Positions 26,468-34,355 of a stretch of 44,367 nt of DNA are shown in pieces. Below the pieces are notes generated by a model. That model was not told the DNA's origin, made no database searches, and saw only the letters and a program-made list of their open reading frames with translations. The DNA is taken from positions 1 to 44,367 of IMG/VR virus record IMGVR_UViG_3300044305_003822, one strand, 5' to 3'. The translations under genes and the position numbers were made by a program. Within the stretch, counting starts at the first letter, position 1, and every line of letters starts with the position of its first letter. Origin of the DNA: a virus. Lineage: Duplodnaviria; Caudoviricetes.

Positions 26468-26757
26468 GTAAATTAAAACCTATTAATGGAAATGTTATCC
26501 TTCGTCCTGTAGAGGAACAAGAAATGATGTCTGGTAACATTATTATCCCTGATATGGGAAAAGAAAAACCTGAAATGGGAGAAATAGTTGCTATTTCTCA
26601 AATATATAATTTTAATAAGGGTGAATATGTCCCTACTGTTTTAAAAGTAGGAATGAAAGTTTTAATCCCTAAATTAGGGGCACAATCAGTTACTGTAGAG
26701 GGAGAAGAATTCTACATTACAGCCCAAAGTTCAATTTTATCAATTTTAGAAGATTAA
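26464..26757 (+). CDS. groES: Co-chaperonin GroES
   Basis: LKPINGNVIL, SGNIIIPD..KEKP..GEIVA, LKVGMKV; adjacent to groEL. Confidence 0.92.
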   Translation: MSKLKPINGNVILRPVEEQEMMSGNIIIPDMGKEKPEMGEIVAISQIYNFNKGEYVPTVLKVGMKVLIPKLGAQSVTVEGEEFYITAQSSILSILED

Positions 26758-26758
26758 C

Positions 26759-28402
26759 ATGACAGAAACAAGTTTTGGAAAAGAATTAAAAAACAGACTT
26801 TTGGATGGAGTTCAAAAGTTGAATAATAGTGTGGCTTCCACTTTAGGACCCGCTGGTAGAACCGTTTTGATTAAAGATCAAATGGGAGAAATTAAAGTTA
26901 CTAAAGATGGAGTAACTGTAGCAAGAGCTTTTAAAGAATTAGAAGATCAAACAGAATCTATAGGAGCTGAATTAGCTAAAAAAGTAGCTATAAAATCTGC
27001 TAATGAAGTAGGAGATGGAACAACTACTTCAACAGTATTAGCTACTACTATTTTAGAGGAAGGAATTAAACAAATTAATGATGGTTCTAATCCTGTAGAT
27101 ATTAAAAAAGGTATTGATGAAGCTACTTCTGCTGTTGTAGAAGAATTAAAAAAACTATCAACTGAAATTACGGATGATGCACAAATTAAAGAAGTTGCAA
27201 CAATATCAGGTAATAATGATCCCGAGATAGGAAATTTAATTGCTACAGCTTTAGATAAAGTAGGCAGAGATGGTGTTGTAGCTATAGAAGAATCAAAAAC
27301 AGGTGATACTTCATTAGAAATAGTAGAGGGAATGCAATTTGAAAGAGGATACAAATCTCCATATTTTGTAACAGATAATAATACAATGTCAGCTGTTTTA
27401 AATGATCCCTATATTTTAATTTATGATGGACGTATAACTCAAGCTTCTGAATTACTTAATGTTTTAAATAAAGTAAGTGGAGAAACTAAACCTTTATTAA
27501 TAGTTGCAGAAGATATTGATGGGGAAGCATTAGCAACCCTTATTGTAAATAAAATGAGAGGTACTATTGATGTAGTTGCTGTAAAAGCTCCTGATTTTGG
27601 AGATAGAAGAACAATGGCTTTAGAAGATTTAGCTACAGTAACAGGTGGTCAAGTAATTTCTAAAGATAAAGGACATAAGTTAGATAAATTACAACCTCTT
27701 CAATACAGTGAATTATTAGGTAGAGCTAGAACAGTAAATGTAACTAAAGAAAAAACTACTGTTGTAGATGGTAAAGGAACTGAAGACGCAATATCTCAAA
27801 AATCTTTAGAAATAAAAGTTCAATTAGATAAAGCATCATCTGCATTTGAAAAAGAAAAATTACAAGACAGACTAGGTAAACTAGTTGGTGGAGTAGCTAT
27901 TATCAATGTAGGTGGTAATTCTGAAATTGAAATTAAAGAAAAGAAAGATAGAGTAGAAGATGCTTTATTTGCTACTAAAGCTGCTTTAGATGAAGGTATC
28001 ATAGTAGGTGGGGGAACTGCCTTCTTACAAGCTTCAAAAAGATTAGATAAAATGATATCTAAAAATAGTGATGTTATGATTGGTAAAAATATTGTAAAAC
28101 AAGCTATTCAAGAACCATTTATCAAAATATTAACTAATGCTGGACATGATGATAATGATGTAAGATTTGCATCTTATAACTTATTAAATGGAAAAGGTAA
28201 TTCTTGGAAAGGTTTAGATTATAAAAATCTAGAAATAGTAGATTTTAAAGAATTAGGAATAATCGATCCTAAAAAAGTTACTCGTATTGCATTAGAAAAT
28301 GCTGCTTCAATTGCTGGAACTATCCTTACCACTGAATCAGTTATATATGAAAAAAATGAGGATAAAGAAGAAACACCAAACCCTATGGCGGGAATGATGT
28401 AA
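26759..28402 (+). CDS. groEL: Chaperonin GroEL
   Basis: TLGPAGR, TKDGVTVA, GDGTTTSTVLA, EGMQFERGY, KAPDFGDRR, GIIDP.KVTR.ALENA, GMM tail. Confidence 0.97.
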   Translation: MTETSFGKELKNRLLDGVQKLNNSVASTLGPAGRTVLIKDQMGEIKVTKDGVTVARAFKELEDQTESIGAELAKKVAIKSANEVGDGTTTSTVLATTILEEGIKQINDGSNPVDIKKGIDEATSAVVEELKKLSTEITDDAQIKEVATISGNNDPEIGNLIATALDKVGRDGVVAIEESKTGDTSLEIVEGMQFERGYKSPYFVTDNNTMSAVLNDPYILIYDGRITQASELLNVLNKVSGETKPLLIVAEDIDGEALATLIVNKMRGTIDVVAVKAPDFGDRRTMALEDLATVTGGQVISKDKGHKLDKLQPLQYSELLGRARTVNVTKEKTTVVDGKGTEDAISQKSLEIKVQLDKASSAFEKEKLQDRLGKLVGGVAIINVGGNSEIEIKEKKDRVEDALFATKAALDEGIIVGGGTAFLQASKRLDKMISKNSDVMIGKNIVKQAIQEPFIKILTNAGHDDNDVRFASYNLLNGKGNSWKGLDYKNLEIVDFKELGIIDPKKVTRIALENAASIAGTILTTESVIYEKNEDKEETPNPMAGMM

Positions 28403-28426
28403 TTATTAATCATAAATAATTTTAAA

Positions 28427-28591
28427 ATGAAAAACGAAATTTTTGAAAAAATAAAAGACCTATATTACGAATTCGAAAGAGAACATAATGGTACCACTAA
28501 AGTATCTCAACAAAGAGCTAGAAAAGCTTTAGGTGGAATTAAAAAATTAGTTACAGAATACAGAAAAGCAAGTGTAGCTGAAGCTAAATAA
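28427..28591 (+). CDS. Histone H1-like (Hc1-family) small protein, 54 aa (not in ORF track)
   Basis: MKNEIFEKIKDLYYEFEREHNGTTKVSQQRARKALGGIKKLVTEYRKASVAEAK; RARK...K....YRK.S pattern of short Hc1-like proteins. Confidence 0.7.
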   Translation: MKNEIFEKIKDLYYEFEREHNGTTKVSQQRARKALGGIKKLVTEYRKASVAEAK

Positions 28592-28598
28592 ATACGTA

Positions 28599-28606
28599 AT
28601 ATTTAT
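28599..28606 (+). promoter_or_regulatory. ATATTTAT motif upstream of the tRNA fragment and lipoprotein
   Basis: Recurrent intergenic motif. Confidence 0.5.
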
Positions 28607-28608
28607 CT

Positions 28609-28646
28609 AAAAGAGGTTGAGGGTTCGATTCCCTCTTCCTTTTCTA
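28609..28646 (+). pseudogene. Isolated 3' half of a tRNA (variable loop, T arm, acceptor 3' strand)
   Basis: AGGTT-GAGGG-TTCGATT-CCCTC-TTCCTTT-T-CTA; no D arm or anticodon arm upstream. Confidence 0.6.
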
Positions 28647-28663
28647 CTTTTAACAAAGTAACT

Positions 28664-29470
28664 ATGAATAAATTAATTTATATATTATCGTTTGTACTCA
28701 TTGGTATGGGTATAAGCTGTGAGAAAGAAAATTGGTTCTCACCCGAAGAAGTAGACGAAATTAGAAGCGAATATCAAGAACAGATAAATGCACTTAAAAT
28801 TTCAAAAAATGAGTTAGAAACTCAAACTGCTTCATTAACAACTCAGATTGAAGATTTAAATGCAACAGTAGAATCATTAGGAATTACTAATGACGATCAG
28901 TTAGCAGAAATCGCAACATTGACAACGTCAATAGACAGCCTAAATACACAGGTTACAACTTTAGATGCAGAAATTACAACATTGACTGCATCAAACACTG
29001 ATTTAACTTCCCAAATTAGTACTTTAAATACAGAAGTTACTAGTTTAACTACATCAGCAACTACTTTACAAGCATCACTAGATGCTGCTTTAGTAGATAT
29101 TCTGATTTTACAGGATTTTAAATCTATTAGGGATAAATTAGATACTATGGTTGCAGCAACTATTTCAGATGCAAATTTAAATACTGCTATTGATTCTGTA
29201 TCTATTGGGTTAACTACCCCAATTCTTTCCCCTTCTGTATTAAATGGATTTATAAATGGTCAATCTAATTGGATTTTTAATAATGCAGTTAAATCCGGTA
29301 CTGTGTCTATGACTACAGCAGTTAGTAATTTTTATGATAATTCTACTGATACTAATGTAGTTAATTTTAGAACATTAGTTACTGAAATGACAGCCGCCTG
29401 GAATGCAGCTAAAGAAACCACATTTATTTTGTGGTGGATTGAATTCATTAAAGAATACGAAAATCTATAA
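28664..29470 (+). CDS. Predicted lipoprotein with long Thr-rich coiled coil
   Basis: MNKLIYILSFVLIGMGIS-C lipobox followed by EKE; heptad repeats over roughly residues 30-150. Confidence 0.75.
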   Translation: MNKLIYILSFVLIGMGISCEKENWFSPEEVDEIRSEYQEQINALKISKNELETQTASLTTQIEDLNATVESLGITNDDQLAEIATLTTSIDSLNTQVTTLDAEITTLTASNTDLTSQISTLNTEVTSLTTSATTLQASLDAALVDILILQDFKSIRDKLDTMVAATISDANLNTAIDSVSIGLTTPILSPSVLNGFINGQSNWIFNNAVKSGTVSMTTAVSNFYDNSTDTNVVNFRTLVTEMTAAWNAAKETTFILWWIEFIKEYENL

Positions 29471-29479
29471 AAATTTATT

Positions 29480-29510
29480 ATAGGGGAGCTTGTCTCCCCT
29501 ATTTTATTTT
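29480..29510 (+). terminator. Intrinsic terminator
   Basis: ATAGGGGAG-CTTGT-CTCCCCTAT followed by TTTATTTT. Confidence 0.8.
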
Positions 29511-29518
29511 ATTACATT
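29490..29518 (+). promoter_or_regulatory. Putative promoter TTGTCT-N17-TACATT for the clamp loader
   Basis: 17-nt spacer; variant of the recurrent motif; overlaps the terminator. Confidence 0.6.
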
Positions 29519-29527
29519 AATGGTTAT

Positions 29528-30448
29528 ATGATTAGAGAACATACTTTATTTACAGAACGTTTTCGCCCTACAGATCCTAAAGACTATATAGGGAATGAAG
29601 TATTCAAATCAAGTTTAGATACTTGGATTAAACAACAAGATATTCCTCATATTTTATTATATGGGCCTGCTGGTACAGGTAAAACAACCGCTGCCAAATT
29701 AATTACTGCTAATTTAGATGTTGATGATTTATATATTAATTGTTCTGATGAAAATGGTATAGAAACAATTAGAGAGAAAGTAAAATTATTCGCTTCTGCC
29801 GCGACATTCCGCGCTTTAAAAGTGGTTATAATGGATGAAGCTGATTTTTTAACCATAAACGCACAAGCTGCTTTACGTAATGTTATTGAAACATTTTCAA
29901 AAACAACAAGATTTATATTCACTTGTAATTACATTGAAAGAATTATTGATCCCATTCAATCTAGAACCTCAGTATTTGAAATATTACCTCCATCTAAATC
30001 AGAGGTAGCTAAACGTTGTACTACTATTTTAGATGAAGAAAAATGTAATCGTACATCTAGTGATATAGTAGAAATTGTAAATAAAACATATCCTGATATT
30101 AGAAAAACACTTAATTTATTACAATCATGTGTAGTTTATGATCCTTCAGGTACATTTTTACAATTAAATAAAGATATTGTTAATCAAAAACAATATACAG
30201 ATCAAATTATTGATCTAATAAAATCTAATAATGATAAAGCATTTAATCAAATTAGACAATTAGTTGCTGATTCAAATATTAGAGATTATAATGAATTATA
30301 TAGGGCCTTATTTGAAAACTTAGATTCATTCCATAATCCTGTATTGGGCACAGTTATTATAGCTGAAGCACAGTACCAATCTGTAATGGCCCCAGATAAA
30401 GAAGTAAATTTTATGGGATGCATCGCTAACTTATTAAAACCATTCTAA
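29528..30448 (+). CDS. Clamp loader AAA+ subunit (gp44/RFC-like)
   Basis: ERFRP, GPAGTGKT, NCSDENGI, IMDEADFLT..AQAALR, IQSRT. Confidence 0.93.
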   Translation: MIREHTLFTERFRPTDPKDYIGNEVFKSSLDTWIKQQDIPHILLYGPAGTGKTTAAKLITANLDVDDLYINCSDENGIETIREKVKLFASAATFRALKVVIMDEADFLTINAQAALRNVIETFSKTTRFIFTCNYIERIIDPIQSRTSVFEILPPSKSEVAKRCTTILDEEKCNRTSSDIVEIVNKTYPDIRKTLNLLQSCVVYDPSGTFLQLNKDIVNQKQYTDQIIDLIKSNNDKAFNQIRQLVADSNIRDYNELYRALFENLDSFHNPVLGTVIIAEAQYQSVMAPDKEVNFMGCIANLLKPF

Positions 30449-30684
30449 TGCAACAACAACCGCAAGTAAATTTAGATTTAACTAAGACTACGCCTGTAGA
30501 TCTTCCAAGTGGAGGAAAAATATGGCAATCTGGAGTTATTTTACGTAGAGTTTCAAAGTTTGTTACAGGAACAAGTGAAGACGGTCTTATACCTATTCCT
30601 ATTTTTTATGATCCTGAAACTAATGAAATTTTAGAAGATACTGTTCCTAAAGAAATAAGAGAAGAGTATACAACAGCTAAATAA
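30448..30684 (+). CDS. Hypothetical protein
   Basis: 78 aa, translationally coupled on both sides. Confidence 0.7.
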   Translation: MQQQPQVNLDLTKTTPVDLPSGGKIWQSGVILRRVSKFVTGTSEDGLIPIPIFYDPETNEILEDTVPKEIREEYTTAK

Positions 30685-31091
30685 TGAATATATTTGATTG
30701 GCTTAACGAAATTAGTTATAAGAAAAGTCCTTGGTCTTCCTTTTCGGAGGATGATAAAGACAATTTTAATTCTTATATGATAAATCGTTTTGTCAGTATG
30801 AAATCAAATTATATTGATTTGGTAAATTTAATTCAAAAATATACTATACCAAAATCAGTACTTTATAATTATTACTGTAAAACGATCCCTAAAAGTAGAA
30901 CATTTTTTAGATATATAAAACCTAAAAAAAGTAATATAAATAAGGATTTATTAAATATTTTATCTAAACATTTACAATTAAGTAAACGTGAAATAAAAGA
31001 TAATTATAACTTAATTGGGAAAGATTTTAAAATAGAACTTCTTACCAATTTAAATATTGACAATAAACAAATTAAAAAATTATTAAAATGA
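30684..31091 (+). CDS. Clamp loader small subunit (gp62-like)
   Basis: FDWLN.I...K, YMINRFVSM, IPK...F.RYIK; size and position next to the gp44-like gene. Confidence 0.65.
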   Translation: MNIFDWLNEISYKKSPWSSFSEDDKDNFNSYMINRFVSMKSNYIDLVNLIQKYTIPKSVLYNYYCKTIPKSRTFFRYIKPKKSNINKDLLNILSKHLQLSKREIKDNYNLIGKDFKIELLTNLNIDNKQIKKLLK

Positions 31092-31318
31092 AAATTGAAC
31101 TTTATGACATGTTAATGTCTCAAGCTATTTCTGAAAAAGATAAGGCGTTATTAACACTTAATCTATTATCAGAACATCCGGCTGGAATTGGAGATCACTC
31201 GACAGAAGACTTTTATAAAAACGCTAATGAAGCATTAGGAATGCTTGTTGACGCTGATGATAAAATCTCTATTTTACAAAAATATTTTCCAAAAAGTAAA
31301 AATGCAGTAAATGGGTGA
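31088..31318 (+). CDS. Hypothetical helical protein (PAGIGDH motif)
   Basis: 76 aa, ATGA-coupled. Confidence 0.7.
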   Translation: MKIELYDMLMSQAISEKDKALLTLNLLSEHPAGIGDHSTEDFYKNANEALGMLVDADDKISILQKYFPKSKNAVNG

Positions 31319-31742
31319 TTCTATAAAAAAATTTGAAGAAATGAAAGAAGCAGATCCTAAATGGGAGAGTACTTCTACATATAATAAACTAGACTTTAAA
31401 TTTGCTACTTCAGAACCCGAAGAGGCTGTCAAAGAAACCTATCCAGAAATTTCTGAAGGTTTTATTGAATTACAAAAAGAACAACTTAATTTATTTTCTA
31501 AAAAGATGATGGATTATGGTTTAGGTAATATAGCTTTAGGAGGTAATTTAAATTCATCTGATGATAAAAATTATGCTCTACAGGGAATTCAAATTAGGTT
31601 AAATGATAAAGTAAATAGGTTAAAAAATTTATTCAAAAATGGAGAAAATTTTGTAAAAGATGAATCTGTTGAAGATACTTTTATGGATATAGCCAATTAT
31701 GGAATAATAGGTTTACTTCTTCTTAAAGATAAATGGAAATAG
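31311..31742 (+). CDS. DUF1599 / nucleotide-modification-associated domain 1-like protein
   Basis: K..DYG...IRLNDKVNRLKNL...DESVEDTFMDIANYGII. Confidence 0.75.
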   Translation: MGDSIKKFEEMKEADPKWESTSTYNKLDFKFATSEPEEAVKETYPEISEGFIELQKEQLNLFSKKMMDYGLGNIALGGNLNSSDDKNYALQGIQIRLNDKVNRLKNLFKNGENFVKDESVEDTFMDIANYGIIGLLLLKDKWK

Positions 31743-32674
31743 ATTATACTAAAGATAAAGTAGTTTCTTTTTCACAGTATTCTATGTATAAATCTTGTCC
31801 TTACAAGTGGTACTTACAGTACGTGAAAGGACACAAAGATGAAAAACCAAACATGCATTTTGTTTTTGGAACAGCTATGCATGAAGCATTACAATATTAT
31901 CTTCAAACCATGTTTGATACCTCAGCTAAAAAAGCTGATGAATTAAAATTAAATTTATTTTTTAAAGAAAGTTTAGTTAAAGAGTATCAAAAATATAAAA
32001 AAAAGTATGGTCATTTTTCCAATCCTGAAGAATTAAATGAATTTTATATAGATGGCGTTTCTATTTTAGATTGGTTTAAAAAACATAAAAGAGGTAGAAG
32101 TTTATATTTTTCAAAACGTAAACATGAATTAAAAGGAATTGAAGTACCTCTTATTCTTCAACCCATTTCGGAACGTCCTAATATCAAGTATATGGGTTAT
32201 ATAGATTTAGTTATCTATGATAAAAGAAATGGAGAATACACTATTTTTGATATTAAAACTTCTACAAAAGGTTGGTCTAAATGGGAAAAAGGAAATAATG
32301 TAAAACATCAACAATTATATCTATATAAAACCTTTTATTCAAAATTATATAAAGTCCCTTTAGATAAAATAAATATAGAATTTTATATTGTTAAAAGAAA
32401 AGTATTAGATTTTGATGATGAAAATTTAAAATCTCCCCACCAAGCTTATCGTGTCCAAAATTTTAAACCTGTTGATAATAAAAAACGTTTGCGAGAAGCA
32501 AACGAAGATTTTATATCTTTTATTAAAGAATGTTATACAGCCGAAGGGAACCCAATAGATAGAGATCATGAAAAAAATATTTCAAAAGCATGTGATTGGT
32601 GTGAGTTCGGAAGAGATAGAGAACTATGCGGAGCAGGTTTGGCTCCTAGTGAAAAATTTTTTACATTAGGGTAA
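31733..32674 (+). CDS. PD-(D/E)XK exonuclease, AddB/Cas4-like with predicted 4Fe-4S staple
   Basis: SFSQ...CP, FGTAMHE, GYIDLV...DIKTS, QL.LY, C-terminal CDWC.......C. Confidence 0.85.
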   Translation: MEIDYTKDKVVSFSQYSMYKSCPYKWYLQYVKGHKDEKPNMHFVFGTAMHEALQYYLQTMFDTSAKKADELKLNLFFKESLVKEYQKYKKKYGHFSNPEELNEFYIDGVSILDWFKKHKRGRSLYFSKRKHELKGIEVPLILQPISERPNIKYMGYIDLVIYDKRNGEYTIFDIKTSTKGWSKWEKGNNVKHQQLYLYKTFYSKLYKVPLDKINIEFYIVKRKVLDFDDENLKSPHQAYRVQNFKPVDNKKRLREANEDFISFIKECYTAEGNPIDRDHEKNISKACDWCEFGRDRELCGAGLAPSEKFFTLG

Positions 32675-32691
32675 AGAAAAAAAATTCATAT

Positions 32692-32699
32692 ATATTTAT
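32692..32699 (+). promoter_or_regulatory. ATATTTAT motif at the start of the glycosylation operon
   Basis: Recurrent intergenic motif. Confidence 0.5.
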
Positions 32700-32716
32700 A
32701 TCCAAATAATATAATT

Positions 32717-32908
32717 ATGAATAAAAGAGAGTTACAATTAACAAGTGTTAAGGTTCATAGAGAATTGTTCGAAGAGTTTAAAATTGAATGTGTTAAAACA
32801 AAATTTTCATTTCAAAAATTATCTGATAGAGCAATTTATCTTTACTTAACAGATGAAGAATTTAGAAAGACTATACATAATCAAACAAATTTACAATTAA
32901 ATAAATAG
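32717..32908 (+). CDS. Small protein, possible ribbon-helix-helix regulator
   Basis: LTSVKV strand followed by two helices; first gene of the glycosyltransferase run. Confidence 0.55.
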   Translation: MNKRELQLTSVKVHRELFEEFKIECVKTKFSFQKLSDRAIYLYLTDEEFRKTIHNQTNLQLNK

Positions 32909-32916
32909 AGTTATAA

Positions 32917-34353
32917 ATGAAAGAAGGTTATTTACCATACACAAAAAGGAAAACAATTTTATTCCTTTGTGATGACATTAGAATGCATTCCGGAATAGCA
33001 ACCATGGCTCGTGAAATAGTACTAGGTACAGCCCATAAATACAACTGGGTAAACGTTGGAGCCGCTATAAGCCACCCAGAAAAAGGGAAAAAAATAGATT
33101 TAAGTGAAGATACTTCAAATAGAGTAGGTATCCCTGATGCTAAAGTTACTTTATATCCCCAAGATGGATATGGTAACCCTGATATTATCAGAGCTATAAT
33201 AAAAGTTGAAAAACCAGATGCTTTATTCTTTTTTACAGATCCTAGATATTGGGAATGGTTATTTAGAATGGAAAATGAAATCAGAACAAAAATACCAATG
33301 ATTTATTTAAATATTTGGGATGATTTACCAGCACCATTATACAATGAAGTATATTATGATTCTTGTGATACTTTACTAGCTATATCTAAACAAACGGAAA
33401 ATATTAATAGACTAGTATTAGGAGAAAAAGCAAAAGATAAAATTATAGCTTATGTTCCTCATGGTATAGATGAAGAAGTATTTAGACCAATGAAAGAAGG
33501 AGATAAACATGCTAAAGAATTAAAAGATACAAAACAAAGACTATTAGGAGATAAAGAATATGATCTTGTTGCTTTCTTTAATTCTAGAAATATTAGAAGA
33601 AAAAGTGTATCCGACTTACTTGTAGCTTGGAAATTATTTAAAGAAGGTCTTCCAAAGGATAAACAAAATAAAGTTGCATTAATATTACATACTGCTCCTG
33701 TAGATGATAATGGTACTGATTTATATGCCGTAAGAGATTTATTATTAGGTGAAGATCCAAATATATTATTCTCAAGTGGTAGAATTACTCCTGAATCTAT
33801 GAATGTTTTATATAATTTAGCTGATGTAACAATTTTACCATCTTCTAATGAAGGATGGGGGTTAGCATTAACTGAATCAATGATGGCAGGAACTATGATA
33901 ATTGCAAATACAACAGGAGGAATGCAAGATCAAATGCGTTTTGTAGATGAAAATAAAAAATGGATAGAATTTGATGAAAATTTCTGCTCTAACCATTTTG
34001 GTACTTATAAAAATCACGGTGAATGGGCAGTCCCAGTATATCCTTCAAATATAAGTGTAGTTGGTTCACCTAAAACACCTTACATCTTTGATGATAGATT
34101 AGATTTTAGAGATTTAAAAGATGCTATCCAAAAAGTTTATGATATGCCTAAAAAGGAAAGAATAAAAAGAGGTGCATCAGGTCGTGAATGGGTTACTTCT
34201 GATGAAGCTAATATGACAGCTAAAAATATGTGTAAAAACGTAATGAAATATGTTGATCAAACTTTTAAAGATTTTAAACCTAGAAAAAAATTTCAATTTA
34301 GTAAAATTGAAAAATTAGAACCTAAAACATTAACACATAAATTAATATATTAG
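32917..34353 (+). CDS. GT-B glycosyltransferase (GT4-like)
   Basis: SGIA, VPHGID, RNIRRK, ADVTILPSSNEGWGLALTESMMAG. Confidence 0.9.
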   Translation: MKEGYLPYTKRKTILFLCDDIRMHSGIATMAREIVLGTAHKYNWVNVGAAISHPEKGKKIDLSEDTSNRVGIPDAKVTLYPQDGYGNPDIIRAIIKVEKPDALFFFTDPRYWEWLFRMENEIRTKIPMIYLNIWDDLPAPLYNEVYYDSCDTLLAISKQTENINRLVLGEKAKDKIIAYVPHGIDEEVFRPMKEGDKHAKELKDTKQRLLGDKEYDLVAFFNSRNIRRKSVSDLLVAWKLFKEGLPKDKQNKVALILHTAPVDDNGTDLYAVRDLLLGEDPNILFSSGRITPESMNVLYNLADVTILPSSNEGWGLALTESMMAGTMIIANTTGGMQDQMRFVDENKKWIEFDENFCSNHFGTYKNHGEWAVPVYPSNISVVGSPKTPYIFDDRLDFRDLKDAIQKVYDMPKKERIKRGASGREWVTSDEANMTAKNMCKNVMKYVDQTFKDFKPRKKFQFSKIEKLEPKTLTHKLIY

Positions 34354-34355
34354 TT

